This document shows, in pieces, positions 36,452 to 46,483 of a DNA stretch of 64,000 nucleotides. The position numbers and the translations under genes were made by a program. This DNA is from Nitriliruptoraceae bacterium (GTDB lineage Bacteria; Actinomycetota; Nitriliruptoria; Nitriliruptorales; Nitriliruptoraceae), in the NCBI GenBank assembly GCA_050480705.1, contig JBJHAX010000008.1, forward strand, positions 8 through 64,007. Reading direction: 5' to 3'. Each line of letters starts with the position of its first letter. The first letter of the stretch is position 1. The notes beneath the pieces are model-generated. The model saw only the letters and a program-made list of their open reading frames with translations, was not told the origin of the DNA and did no database searches.

Positions 36452-36648
36452 CGGTCAGCCGATGCTCGGATGGACGACAGCGAATGCCGACGTGGCGACC
36501 TGACCACGGTCCGCATGTCTGGCATCACGGCAACCTCACGGAACACCTGCCAGCTACCGGCGGTGTCCGACGCGATATTCGCGGAGCAACTGTGCTCGGG
36601 CGGCTAACGTCAGCCACGGGTCCCGGCGGACCCAGGGGGAGGGCGCCG

Positions 36649-38496
36649 ATGGGTGGACACCCCCCGCAGAGCGTGATGCGATGGCGTCTGTCGCTCCTGC
36701 GTGGCCTGTTGCGGTTCGTGCTCGCACTCGGTGTCGTCGTCGCCGCTCCGAGCATCTGGTTCGCGTTCACGGTCGACCGTATCGACATCGTCGTCGTGGA
36801 TGCGGCGGCAGTCGCGATCGTTGCGGTCATCACCTTCGTCGAACGGATCCCGTACCGGGTACGCGCGTTCGTGCTCGCCTGCACCGCCTACGGGCTCGGC
36901 CTCTTCTTCATCGGCACGATCGGCGTGGTCGGCCACGTCTACCTCGTCGCCTTCCCCGTCCTCCTCGCGGTGCTGCTTGGCCTTCGCGCGGCGATCGCCG
37001 GCCTCGCCGTCAACGCCGTGACGCTCGTACTCGTCGGGATCACGGGTCTCTACGACCCGCGCATGAACGTCCCGGGCGTCGACGGCACACTCGAATGGCT
37101 GCTGATCACACTCAACTTCCTGTTCGCCAACACCGTGGTTGCGCTGCCGTGCGCGGTTCTGCTGCAACGTCTCGAACGCTCCCTTGCCGATGAAGAGCAC
37201 GCCGCAGCGTCGCTCGCTGAGCGTCACGAACAGCTCGTCGCAAAGACCGATGAGCTCGAACGTGAGATGGTGCGCCGTCAACAGATGGAGGAGCGTGCCC
37301 GGCGCCAGGACCGCCTCGAGTTGCTGGGAACGCTCGCCACGGGCATCGCACACGACGTCAACAACGTTCTGGCGTCCATCCTCGCGCTCGCAGAGATGCG
37401 CCGGGCGCGGCCGCACGACGACGGGCTCGAGCGCGACATGGATCTGCTCGTGGCAGCCGTTCGCCGTGCGAGCGACATCGTGCGTCGCGTGACCGTCTTC
37501 GGGCAGGCCGCCGACATCGACCGTCAACCGATCGTGCTGCGTGAGCGTGTCGACGAGATCGTGCCGCTGCTTCGCGCCGCGCTGCCCCGCAACGTGACGT
37601 TGCGTGTCGCAATCGAGGATGACGCGCAGGTGTGGCTGCATGCCGCCGAGGTCGACCAGTTGCTGTCGAACCTCGTGGTCAACGCGGCGCAGGCGTGCGG
37701 CTCTGTCTCCGGTGCGCTGGTCACGGTGAGCGCAGCGACGATCAACCTCGACGCTCGAGCCGCACTCGAAGTCGACCCACCCGACGGATTGTCCTGTGCG
37801 CCCGACCGTGTCCTGGAGTTGCGTGTCGACGACAACGGCCCTGGTATCCCTGCCGACATCCGCGACCGGGTCTTCGACCCGTTCTTCACTACCAAGCCCG
37901 GCGGCGACAACAGCGGGCTCGGTCTGGCCAGCGTGCACGCGATCGTGACCGGGGTCGGAGGCGTGACCGACATCGAGGACACCGATGTTGGCGCGTCGAT
38001 CCGCACCCTGCTGCCGGTTGCCGCGGTCGAAGGTGTCCGCAGCGACGATGCAGGCAACCGGGCTCGTGCCGGTGTCCCGCATGAGCGTTCGTCGACGATC
38101 CTGCTCGTCGACGACGAAACGCTGCTGCTGGCCATCACTGCGCGTGCGCTGCGCAACGCAGGGCACACGGTCATCGACACCGGCGACCTCGACCAGGCGC
38201 TACGAGCCTTCGACGAACATGCTTCGGCGGTCGAACTCGTCATCACCGACATGTCGCTGCCGGACGGCAGTGGCCATGTGCTGTTCGAGCACGTGAGTCG
38301 GCGGCGTCCGGAGGTTCCTGTGGTGCTGACCAGCGGCGGGCCCGTCGAGCTGCCCGAACACGACGAGGGGCCTGCGCCTGCCGGGCTGCTCGCGAAACCC
38401 TACGACCTGGACACGCTGCTTTCGCTGGTGCAGCGTGTCCTCAGCCCGCAGACCACGGTCGGCACCTCACGGACGGACGGGCCCGGCGGTGACTGA
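36649..38496 (+). CDS. Hybrid sensor histidine kinase/response regulator with N-terminal multi-pass membrane domain
   Basis: ATG 36649 follows a GGGGGAGGG stretch. About 6 TM segments are followed by a coiled coil, the H-box [13 protein letters not shown], an ATPase domain ([23 protein letters not shown]), and a receiver domain ([25 protein letters not shown]). Confidence 0.88.
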   Translation: MGGHPPQSVMRWRLSLLRGLLRFVLALGVVVAAPSIWFAFTVDRIDIVVVDAAAVAIVAVITFVERIPYRVRAFVLACTAYGLGLFFIGTIGVVGHVYLVAFPVLLAVLLGLRAAIAGLAVNAVTLVLVGITGLYDPRMNVPGVDGTLEWLLITLNFLFANTVVALPCAVLLQRLERSLADEEHAAASLAERHEQLVAKTDELEREMVRRQQMEERARRQDRLELLGTLATGIAHDVNNVLASILALAEMRRARPHDDGLERDMDLLVAAVRRASDIVRRVTVFGQAADIDRQPIVLRERVDEIVPLLRAALPRNVTLRVAIEDDAQVWLHAAEVDQLLSNLVVNAAQACGSVSGALVTVSAATINLDARAALEVDPPDGLSCAPDRVLELRVDDNGPGIPADIRDRVFDPFFTTKPGGDNSGLGLASVHAIVTGVGGVTDIEDTDVGASIRTLLPVAAVEGVRSDDAGNRARAGVPHERSSTILLVDDETLLLAITARALRNAGHTVIDTGDLDQALRAFDEHASAVELVITDMSLPDGSGHVLFEHVSRRRPEVPVVLTSGGPVELPEHDEGPAPAGLLAKPYDLDTLLSLVQRVLSPQTTVGTSRTDGPGGD

Positions 38497-40009
38497 GACG
38501 CTCGTCGGTGCGATCGACCAGGGGACGACGAGCAGCCGCTTCATGGTCTTCGACCACGCCGGCCGCGAAATCGTGCGGCGGCAGCTCGAACACACCCAGC
38601 TGCTGCCGCGGGCCGGCTGGGTCGAACACGACCCGATCGAAATCTGGGAACGTGTGCGCACCGTCGTCGAATCGGGGCTCGCCCAGGCCGGACTGCGCGG
38701 CAGCGACCTGTGCGCGCTCGGCGTCACCAACCAACGCGAGACCACCGTCGTGTGGGACCGGACGACCGGCCGCCCGCTCTACAACGCGATCGTGTGGCAG
38801 GACACGCGTACGGACCGGATCGCAGCGCACCTGGAGCGAACGGGCGCCGGGGAGTTGATCCGCCACCGCACGGGACTTCCGCCTGCGACCTACTTCTCCG
38901 GTGCCAAGCTGCAGTGGATCCTCGAGAACGTCGACGGGGTCCGTGAGCGTGTCCAACGTGGCGACGCGGTGTTCGGAACGACCGACACCTGGCTGCTGTG
39001 GCACCTCACCGGTGGCCGCGACGGCGGCGTCCACATCACCGATCCCACCAACGCGAGCCGCACGATGCTCATGGATCTCGCGACGCTCGACTGGGACGAT
39101 GAGCTGCTCGAACTCTTCGACGTTCCACGGTCGATGCTGCCGGCGATCCGGCCTTCGAGTGACCCGTCGGCGTACGGATCGACCCGGGCTGATGGGCCGT
39201 TCGGCGCCGAGGTCCCCATCACCGGCGATCTCGGCGACCAGCAGGCGGCAACCGTCGGGCAAGCCTGCTTCGAACCTGGCGAGGTCAAGAACACCTACGG
39301 CACCGGCAACTTCCTGCTGCTCAATACCGGCGTTGAGGCGGTGCGGTCCGCGAATGGGCTCCTGACGACGGTCGGCTATCAGTTCGAGGCATCCGATCCG
39401 GTCTACTGCCTCGAGGGATCGATCGCCGTCAGCGGCGCCGCCGTGCAGTGGCTACGCGACCAGCTGGGCGTGATCACGCACGCGGACGAATCGGCGGCAC
39501 TCGCCGCGTCGGTTGACGACACCGAGGGCGCGTACTTCGTGCCGGCGTTCTCGGGTCTCTTCGCCCCTTACTGGCGCTCCGACGCGCGCGGCGCGATTGT
39601 CGGGCTGACCCGCGCGCACAGCAAGGCGCATCTGGTACGTGCCACGCTCGAGGCCATCTGCTACCAGACCCGCGACATTGCGGGGGCGATGTCCAACGAC
39701 GCCGGCGTCGACGTCGACGTGTTCAAGGTCGATGGCGGCGCGACGGTCAACGACGTCCTCATGCAACTGCAGGCCGACATCCTCGGCGTGCCGGTCGTAC
39801 GCCCTGTGGTCGCCGAGACGACGTCACTCGGCGCTGCGTACGCAGCAGGTCTGGCTGTCGGCTTCTGGCGTGGCACCGACGAAGTTCGTGCGAACTGGCG
39901 GGCCGACCGGCGCTGGGAGCCGACATGGAGCGACGAGCGTCGCGACGAGGGTTACGCCGGATGGCGACGCGCCGTGCAGCGGACACTGGACTGGGTCGAC
40001 GTCGAATGA
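38489..40009 (+). CDS. glpK: Glycerol kinase
   Basis: [38 protein letters not shown], and the C-terminal ...[24 protein letters not shown] are present. GTG 38489 overlaps the kinase stop by 8 nt. Confidence 0.93.
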   Translation: MTETLVGAIDQGTTSSRFMVFDHAGREIVRRQLEHTQLLPRAGWVEHDPIEIWERVRTVVESGLAQAGLRGSDLCALGVTNQRETTVVWDRTTGRPLYNAIVWQDTRTDRIAAHLERTGAGELIRHRTGLPPATYFSGAKLQWILENVDGVRERVQRGDAVFGTTDTWLLWHLTGGRDGGVHITDPTNASRTMLMDLATLDWDDELLELFDVPRSMLPAIRPSSDPSAYGSTRADGPFGAEVPITGDLGDQQAATVGQACFEPGEVKNTYGTGNFLLLNTGVEAVRSANGLLTTVGYQFEASDPVYCLEGSIAVSGAAVQWLRDQLGVITHADESAALAASVDDTEGAYFVPAFSGLFAPYWRSDARGAIVGLTRAHSKAHLVRATLEAICYQTRDIAGAMSNDAGVDVDVFKVDGGATVNDVLMQLQADILGVPVVRPVVAETTSLGAAYAAGLAVGFWRGTDEVRANWRADRRWEPTWSDERRDEGYAGWRRAVQRTLDWVDVE

Positions 40010-40076
40010 GCGTTCGCTCGTCGCGGGGGGTCGCCGCGTGGGCTGTGGAGTTCGGCCTTTCCGCTGTAGCCGTCCG

Positions 40077-41021
40077 TCAGGCCAGCTGGTGGCCGTAGCG
40101 GCGGAACCAGTCGACGGTCTGTGCGAGCGCCTCGGCGTGGCCGGTCACCTCACCGGGGCCGAACGTTGCCTCGAAATCGCGCGCCTCGACCACGTAAGGC
40201 CGGTTCCACTGGTCGACGAGTTCACGCGCCTGCCGCAGGTTGCGATCGAACACACCAGCGACGCGCAGCATCATCGGTGACACGTGGCCCCGTTCGACAG
40301 GTCCACCGACCGCAGCTTCGAGAAGGTCGACGAACTCGCGCTGTGTGACCGCCGGCGCGGCGGGAAGGATCCACGAACGCCCGTCACCGCGTGGCTGTTC
40401 GACCAGGGTGACGAGGCTGTTCGCCGCGTCGGGCAGGTAGGCGAACGTATGCGGCTGGTCGTCGGCGATGTAGGTACGCACCGGCTTGCCGTCGAGAGCA
40501 GGCCCGATCATCAACTGGTGCGCGACAGAATTTGTGCCGCCCGGCCCGTAGTAGTCGCTGATCCGTGCGACGCTGACCGCGGTATCGCCGCGTTCGTGGG
40601 CTGAGAGCAACGACGCGACGAGGTCACGTCGCAGCATGCCCTTGCGTGATGTCGGGGCCTCCGGCGTGCGGTCGGTGATGGGTGTGGAGGGCGACCCGAA
40701 CGCGTACAGGTTGTCGACCATCACCAGGCGCGCACCCGCGGCGACGGCGGCGTCGCGTGCGTTGTCGACCATCGTCGGCAGCAGGCGTGCCCAGTTGCGG
40801 TAGCCGACGTTGGCCGCCATCACGACCACATCGCAGTGGGATGCCGCGCGACGCGCCTGCTCGGCGTCCAGCAGGTCGGCGGACACGACACGGGTTCCGG
40901 TCGGGAGCAGGGCCAGATCAGCCGACGGATTGGCAGCCACAGGTTCGTGGCCACGGGTGAGCAATTCGTGCACGACCGCGCGACCGATTCCTCCGGTCGC
41001 ACCGAATACCGTCACGCGCAT
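40077..41021 (-). CDS. NAD(P)-dependent epimerase/dehydratase-like (NmrA/SDR-type) protein
   Basis: Starts at ATG 41021. The Rossmann motif is VFGATGGIGRAVVHELL. Only the last 314 codons of ORF 40077..42218 are taken as coding. Confidence 0.75.
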   Translation of the reverse strand: MRVTVFGATGGIGRAVVHELLTRGHEPVAANPSADLALLPTGTRVVSADLLDAEQARRAASHCDVVVMAANVGYRNWARLLPTMVDNARDAAVAAGARLVMVDNLYAFGSPSTPITDRTPEAPTSRKGMLRRDLVASLLSAHERGDTAVSVARISDYYGPGGTNSVAHQLMIGPALDGKPVRTYIADDQPHTFAYLPDAANSLVTLVEQPRGDGRSWILPAAPAVTQREFVDLLEAAVGGPVERGHVSPMMLRVAGVFDRNLRQARELVDQWNRPYVVEARDFEATFGPGEVTGHAEALAQTVDWFRRYGHQLA

Positions 41022-41135
41022 CAGGCAGCCCTCGAGGACGTGTGACCACATTCTGCCGGGTGCGTCGCGCGCGCGCTTCGTCGACACACCGGATTGTGCG
41101 AACGATGATCTGGAGGTCGCCAGCACGGAGTGGAG

Positions 41136-41651
41136 ATGAACGTCGCAGAGATCTACGCCGAGGCCTACCGCCGCATCACCGAAGTCGTGCGGCAAGCTGT
41201 GGAGGCAATGAGCCTCGACAACGTCCTGTGGCGCCCCGAACCGGGCTCGAACCCGATCGCATGGCTGGTGTGGCATCTGAGTCGCATCCAGGACGATCAT
41301 GTCGCGGAGATAGCGGGACACCCTCAGCAGTGGGAGACGGGCCGGTGGGCCGGGCGGTTCGGGTTGGCCGAGGGGACGGCAGAGACCGGCCACGGGCACA
41401 CCGCCGAGCAGGTTGCGGCGTTGCGTCCCGACGACGTCGCCACCCTGCTCGACTACCACCAGCGGGTCGCAGATGCGTCGCAGTCCTACCTCGGCGGCGT
41501 CGACGAGGCCGAGCTCGGCCGCATCATCGACACGCGCTACGACCCGCCCGTCACGGTGGGGGTGCGGTTGGTCAGCGTGCTGAGCGACAACCTGCAGCAT
41601 GCGGGTCAGGCCCGCTATCTGCGCGGCATGATCGAACGCCTCGAGGCGTAG
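41136..41651 (+). CDS. DinB family protein (DUF664 / mycothiol-transferase-like four-helix bundle)
   Basis: ...LWRPEPGSNPIAWLVWHLSRIQDDH... and the C-terminal ...LSDNLQHAGQARYLRG supply the His triad contexts typical of DinB-like proteins. An alternative GTG start lies at 41130. Confidence 0.7.
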   Translation: MNVAEIYAEAYRRITEVVRQAVEAMSLDNVLWRPEPGSNPIAWLVWHLSRIQDDHVAEIAGHPQQWETGRWAGRFGLAEGTAETGHGHTAEQVAALRPDDVATLLDYHQRVADASQSYLGGVDEAELGRIIDTRYDPPVTVGVRLVSVLSDNLQHAGQARYLRGMIERLEA

Positions 41652-41816
41652 ACGGCGTTGCGCACCCTGCGCGGGGGAGGGGCCGGCCAGGGCCACAGGA
41701 CCCGACCGCACGGGCACTAGGGCGCGTCGAGGTGGGGCACCGCTGCCCTGAGCACATCTCGCAGCCACCTCTAGTCTGAGCCCATCAGCCACAGAGCCGA
41801 CAGGAGCAGCTACGCG

Positions 41817-42254
41817 ATGAACCTCCGCAAAACCGCATCCATGGGCGCCGTCATCTTCGGTGTCATCCTGATCGTCGGCGCCATCGGGACATGGACGATG
41901 GTGACCAGCACGCTCTCCGACCAGCGCATCACGACCCCCGACGACGCGGTGTGCATGGCCGACCGTCCGGTGCGTGGCCCGTTCACCGCCTACTGCCAGG
42001 CGATGACGATCGACCGCAACGTCCTCGAATCGACCGACGGCATGCGTTACGCGGAACTGCCACGCGAGGACGAGCGCCGTGGCCTCGCACAGAGCGCCTC
42101 GTTCCTGCAGGCGTCGCTGTTCACCTCGGTGCTGTCCTTCGGTGTCGCCGCAATGGCAGCCGGCATGGGCGTGCTGTTCGTGCTCATCGGCCTCGGGATG
42201 CGCGACGTCAGTCAACACGTCGCCGCCTCATCCTCGGCGCGCCGCGAGACCTGA
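41817..42254 (+). CDS. Hypothetical membrane protein (N- and C-terminal TM helices)
   Basis: The N-terminal TM is AVIFGVILIVGAIGTWTMV and the C-terminal TM is SVLSFGVAAMAAGMGVLFVLIGLG. It resembles a widespread actinobacterial two-TM family of unknown function. Confidence 0.55.
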   Translation: MNLRKTASMGAVIFGVILIVGAIGTWTMVTSTLSDQRITTPDDAVCMADRPVRGPFTAYCQAMTIDRNVLESTDGMRYAELPREDERRGLAQSASFLQASLFTSVLSFGVAAMAAGMGVLFVLIGLGMRDVSQHVAASSSARRET

Positions 42255-42372
42255 CCAGTCCCACCGCCACGATCAATACGACCGCCGGGCACGCCAATCG
42301 CGCGCCCGGCGGTCGGTCGCGTTCAAGGGCGTTGCCGTCGGTGCCGATGATCCGCTTCAGGAGCGGCGGATC

Positions 42373-43446
42373 ATGGTGCAACGGAACTCGACGTCGGGCG
42401 ATCCGCTCGAGCGCGTCAAGCGCAGGGCGTACCTCAGCGCATGCCTGCTCGGAATCCCGATCGACGCGGCCGGCTACGTCATCGCGACCGACCGAGCCAT
42501 CTCGACGGCGTACCTCGTCACCGCACTGAGCCTCATCGTCGTCGCTGCGCTGACCGTGTCTCCGATCGCGTTGCATCGCGCGGAGTTGATCGGCTTTGTC
42601 CTGATCACCACGACGTTTCTTTGGCGGGCCGGTGTCGTCGTGTTCTCGACGGCGTCACTGGGCATCGAGTTCGCCGAACTGATCACGACCGTGGTCATGC
42701 TGTGCGTCGTCTACCTGCTCGCCTTCCTGTTCTATCCGCGCCGTCTCGCGCTCGGACTGTCGATCGGGGTGCTGAGCCTGACCGCGGTCATCATCAGCGC
42801 AGGGCTTGCCGCGACGGCGATCAGCGAGCTGCCGCACCGCGGGATGCCCCTGTACAAGGCGTTCACGATGCAGGCGGTGTTCGTCGCCCTGCTCTACATC
42901 CTCGCCGTCACCAAGGAACAGATGAGCGCCTCCCAAGCCCGTGCCCAGGCGCTGGCCGAGATCGCGACCACGGACGCGTTGACCGGCGCCCACAACCGCA
43001 GGCATCTGACGGCGGTCCTCGAACAGCACGTCGCCGACGCGCAGCGCACCCAGCGCGCCGTTTCGGTCCTGCTGTTCGACCTCGACCGTTTCAAACGCAT
43101 CAACGACACCTACGGGCACGATGCGGGTGACGAGGTGCTGCGAGGTTTCGTGTCGCGTATCTCGGGGGTACTCCGCGACGCGGACACGTTCGGGCGCTGG
43201 GGAGGCGAGGAGTTCCTCGTCGTCGCGCCTGGCGCGGATGCTGCCGCTGCAGCAACGCTTGCGGAACGCTGCCGCGTCGCGTTGCGCACCCTGCTGTTGC
43301 CGTCGGGTGACGCGGTCACCGTCAGCGTCGGTGTGGCAACCCGCGGCGCCGACGACCGTTGGGACGCCCTGGTGCGAGCCGCGGACCATGCGCTCTACGA
43401 GGCCAAGGAGCGCGGCCGCGACCGCGTGGTGACCGCCGGTACGTGA
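42373..43446 (+). CDS. Diguanylate cyclase (GGDEF) with N-terminal multi-pass membrane domain
   Basis: Starts at ATG 42373. About 6 TM segments are followed by DALTGAHNRR, FDLDRFKRINDTYGHDAGD, the active site GRWGGEEFLVV, and ADHALYEAKERGRDR. Confidence 0.88.
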   Translation: MVQRNSTSGDPLERVKRRAYLSACLLGIPIDAAGYVIATDRAISTAYLVTALSLIVVAALTVSPIALHRAELIGFVLITTTFLWRAGVVVFSTASLGIEFAELITTVVMLCVVYLLAFLFYPRRLALGLSIGVLSLTAVIISAGLAATAISELPHRGMPLYKAFTMQAVFVALLYILAVTKEQMSASQARAQALAEIATTDALTGAHNRRHLTAVLEQHVADAQRTQRAVSVLLFDLDRFKRINDTYGHDAGDEVLRGFVSRISGVLRDADTFGRWGGEEFLVVAPGADAAAAATLAERCRVALRTLLLPSGDAVTVSVGVATRGADDRWDALVRAADHALYEAKERGRDRVVTAGT

Positions 43447-43473
43447 GTCCAGCATCGTGGCCATGGAAAGCCG

Positions 43474-43494
43474 CGACGCGAACCTCACGCGTCG
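43474..43494. terminator. Hairpin between convergent genes (possible bidirectional terminator, no U-tract)
   Basis: CGACGCG-aacctca-CGCGTCG forms a 7-bp stem between the GGDEF stop (43446) and the serine-hydrolase stop (43502). Confidence 0.25.
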
Positions 43495-43501
43495 GCAGGC
43501 G

Positions 43502-45406
43502 TCACCAGTGGAAGCCGAGCAGCCGCCAGTGGTAGAGAACGGGCACCAGGGCGACGAAGATGACGGCGAGCACGGCTGAGTGAACCCGCGCGAAAGGCGT
43601 CGAAGCACGCCGGGCGATGCTGGTGACCGCGACGACCGACAGTGCGATCGTTCCCGGCACCAGCAGCAGCGCGCCTGCGAGCAGCGCGATGGTGACCGTC
43701 CCCGGTGCGAGCATCGTTCCAGGATCGACGACGAACTGCGCGAGCATGCCGAGGAGCAGGATCACTCCAATGGTGCCGTTCAGGCCGGCGATGCGGCGTG
43801 ACAGTGCCGGCCGCTGCGCCTGATCGCGCCTGCGCCGTCGACGTGCCCTGAGCCATCCGAGAGGCCAGCCGACCGCGGCGACCAGGGAGGTCACGGCGAA
43901 CAGGGCGAGCAGCGTTCCGTGCCACGCCGGGGTCTGATACCAGGCGATTCGTTCCATGGGGAACAGTTGCGTTCCGGCGATGTGCAGCATCGTCGCGTTG
44001 TCGCCGGCGAGGTCGAACGCGAGCGTGCGCTGCCCGTCGATTTCGTGGAACACCTCGGGATCGTCGGACGGCGCCCAGTGGCCGTCATCGACGAGGCCGG
44101 GCGCCATGACCGTGGTCAGCGTTCCGTCCGCGTCCTGGTCGACCCGCATCGTCGGGGTCCCGAGGAGTGAGACGACGCGCATGAACGTGTGGCGGTCGTA
44201 GCGGATCCACCGGTAGGTGCCGGTGTAGTGATCGGGGTCGAATGTTGCCGGCGCCGGCTCGATGCGCTCGACGGGCTCAGGTGTTGTTGCAGCGAGCACC
44301 GCGTCGACGACACGTCCAGCTGCCAGGGATCCCGATCCGTGGTTGAACGCAAGGAATACCCCGAGATCCTGTTCAGGGGCGAGGACGAGCAGGCTGCCGA
44401 ACCCGATCCATCCGCCACCGTGCCCCACGGTCGCCCGGCCGTGCGAGGAACCCTGGAAGAAGCCGTAGCCGATGCCTGGCACGGCCGGGTGGGACGTGAA
44501 CTGCGGCGTCTGCATCCGCTCGATCGCCTCGGCGCCGAGCACGACGTCGTGGTGATCCGCGTGGCCGAGGTGGGCGAGCATGAACGCCGCCATGTCTTCG
44601 CCGGTCGTCCAGAGCCCGCCCGCAGGTCGAAGGTGCAGATACCACGGTTCGACCGGTTGCGCGTCCGGACCGAATGGCTGGTAGCCGACAGCGTCGTAGG
44701 CGTCGGCTGCCGGTGGCCCGCCGAATGTCGTACGGTCCATGCCCAGCGGTTCGAGAATCTGTTCGGTGATGTAGACGTCGAAGGGTTCGCCGCTCACCGT
44801 CTCCACCGCGTGACCGGCCAGTCCGATGCCGTGGTTGTTGTACTGGTGGCGCTGGCCGGGTGGGCGGATTCGCGGCGGCAGGTTGTGCGCCAGGTTCTCG
44901 CCGAGCGGTTCGACGGCGTCGAGGTCGAGGGTGAACCAGCCGACCCAGTGCCGCTCGTCGAATCCGGCCGTGTGGGTGAGCAGGTGGTGGAGCGTCACCG
45001 GTTCGGCGAACGTCTCGGGCACCTGCACGTCGGCCAGATAATGGTTGACGTCGACGTCGAGCTCGAGCTGATGCTGTTCGACGAGCTGCATGACCGCTGT
45101 CGCCGTGAACAGTTTCGTGACCGAGCCGATGTCGAAACGGGTCTCGCGCCAGTCGACGGTGACGTCGTTCTCCCGGTCGGCGTGGCCATAGCCGCGCGCG
45201 ACGGCGATGTCACCGTCGCGCACGACGACGGCGACCGCGCCGGGGATGCCGTAGCGCTCCATCTCGGCCTCGACGGCGTCGTCGACGACCTGTGCGAGCG
45301 TGTCGGGTGACGTTTCGTCCTGTGTCGGCTCGGCATGCGCAGCAAGGGCGACGGCACCCAATGCCGTCACGGCGAGCACGGTGGAGAAGGTTTTCCAGCG
45401 CAACAT
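43502..45406 (-). CDS. Serine hydrolase (beta-lactamase/PBP4*-like) with C-terminal four-TM extension
   Basis: There is a signal peptide (TVLAVTALGAVALAAHA), an SxxK motif (FDIGSVTKLFT) and YNNHG (a YxN-like motif). The C-terminal roughly 170 aa carry four hydrophobic helices. Confidence 0.8.
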   Translation of the reverse strand: MLRWKTFSTVLAVTALGAVALAAHAEPTQDETSPDTLAQVVDDAVEAEMERYGIPGAVAVVVRDGDIAVARGYGHADRENDVTVDWRETRFDIGSVTKLFTATAVMQLVEQHQLELDVDVNHYLADVQVPETFAEPVTLHHLLTHTAGFDERHWVGWFTLDLDAVEPLGENLAHNLPPRIRPPGQRHQYNNHGIGLAGHAVETVSGEPFDVYITEQILEPLGMDRTTFGGPPAADAYDAVGYQPFGPDAQPVEPWYLHLRPAGGLWTTGEDMAAFMLAHLGHADHHDVVLGAEAIERMQTPQFTSHPAVPGIGYGFFQGSSHGRATVGHGGGWIGFGSLLVLAPEQDLGVFLAFNHGSGSLAAGRVVDAVLAATTPEPVERIEPAPATFDPDHYTGTYRWIRYDRHTFMRVVSLLGTPTMRVDQDADGTLTTVMAPGLVDDGHWAPSDDPEVFHEIDGQRTLAFDLAGDNATMLHIAGTQLFPMERIAWYQTPAWHGTLLALFAVTSLVAAVGWPLGWLRARRRRRRDQAQRPALSRRIAGLNGTIGVILLLGMLAQFVVDPGTMLAPGTVTIALLAGALLLVPGTIALSVVAVTSIARRASTPFARVHSAVLAVIFVALVPVLYHWRLLGFHW

Positions 45407-45479
45407 TGGCGACCCTGGAGGACAGCTGTGATGACGACGGACGCGAACGGCGCATCATGCCCGCTCGACACGCGGATTC

Positions 45480-45863
45480 CTACTCGGCGTTCGCCGCCGC
45501 ATCGAGAGACCTGATGAGCGCGCGCGGGGCGCGGGTGCGGTAGCTGTCCTCGAGCAGTTCAGCGAGCAGCTCCGGGTCGACATCGTCCAGACGCACCAGC
45601 AGCGCCGGGTAACCGGCGTAGTGCGGCGTGGAGAACAGAACGCCCTGGTGCGCGTCGAGCAGTGCTTCTTTCTCGTCCGGATCGCAGAACACGACCAGCA
45701 CCTGGCTGTCGTGGACGTCGTCGCGGGCGTGCTCTGAGGGCGCCCATAGCCGGCAGAACGGGCGTGTGCGGACCTTGAGGGCCGGGCTGCCGCGGTAGGA
45801 AGGCGCTTCGACGACCTCGGGCAGCCGCATGCCGAGCCGGCGCACATCGTCGAAATCAGCCAT
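45480..45863 (-). CDS. MmcQ/YjbR family DNA-binding protein
   Basis: The 127-aa product contains MADFDDVRRLGMRLPEVVEAPSYRGSPALKVR...F.RL...TPHYAGYPALLVRLD, matching the YjbR family pattern. Confidence 0.7.
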   Translation of the reverse strand: MADFDDVRRLGMRLPEVVEAPSYRGSPALKVRTRPFCRLWAPSEHARDDVHDSQVLVVFCDPDEKEALLDAHQGVLFSTPHYAGYPALLVRLDDVDPELLAELLEDSYRTRAPRALIRSLDAAANAE

Positions 45864-45938
45864 GCGGTCATCGATCCGATGGACAGCGCACCGTGGCGCA
45901 GTAGCGTCACACTAGCCGTCGACGGGCCGAGGATCTCG

Positions 45939-46445
45939 ATGACTGATGTTGCATGCGCGATCGCTCAGGGCGAGGTGTCCGTCAACGTCGCCGACCGGCG
46001 GCTGGTCGCCGTCTATGCGACGCCGTTGTCGGGCGTGCTGCTCCATTGGGCGCGAGAGCTCGGCTTCGACACCGTTCTCCTCGAGCCCGACGTCGCGCGC
46101 CACGACGACCCGGCAGTAGCGCAGGCGGCACGGCTGATCGGCGATCCCGGGTCAGCCGGCGTCGATGAACTGACCGATGTCGTCGTGACCGACCATCATC
46201 GTGACGATCTCGGGGAGGTCATGGCGTCGCTGCTCGCGGCGCACCCACGCTGGATCGGCATCATCGGATCCCCCCGCCACGAAGCGCCGCACGTGGCTGC
46301 CCTGCGCGAACGGGGCGTCGACGAGCCGGCCATTGCATCGGTGCACCGGCCGATCGGACTCGACATCGGTTCGCGCACACCGCCCGAGATCGCGCTGTCG
46401 GTGCTCGCAGGCCTGCTGGCCGACCGCAACGGCCGCGCGGCGTAA
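45939..46445 (+). CDS. XdhC-like protein, Rossmann (XdhC_C) domain only
   Basis: RLVAVYATPLSGVLLHWARELGFDTVLLEPD...WIGIIGSPRH...RPIGLDIGSRTPPEIALSVLAGLL is present. No N-terminal XdhC_CoxI domain and no molybdoenzyme genes are nearby. An alternative start lies at 45879. Confidence 0.65.
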   Translation: MTDVACAIAQGEVSVNVADRRLVAVYATPLSGVLLHWARELGFDTVLLEPDVARHDDPAVAQAARLIGDPGSAGVDELTDVVVTDHHRDDLGEVMASLLAAHPRWIGIIGSPRHEAPHVAALRERGVDEPAIASVHRPIGLDIGSRTPPEIALSVLAGLLADRNGRAA

Positions 46446-46483
46446 CGCCGCACGGGTCGTTCATCTACGAAGGAGCGTGGCGG

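Noticed and set aside
40077-42218. 713-aa minus-strand ORF.
   Set aside because: Only the last 314 codons (from ATG 41021, Rossmann motif GATGGIG) look like a real protein. The upstream part is antisense to the DinB-like and membrane-protein genes.
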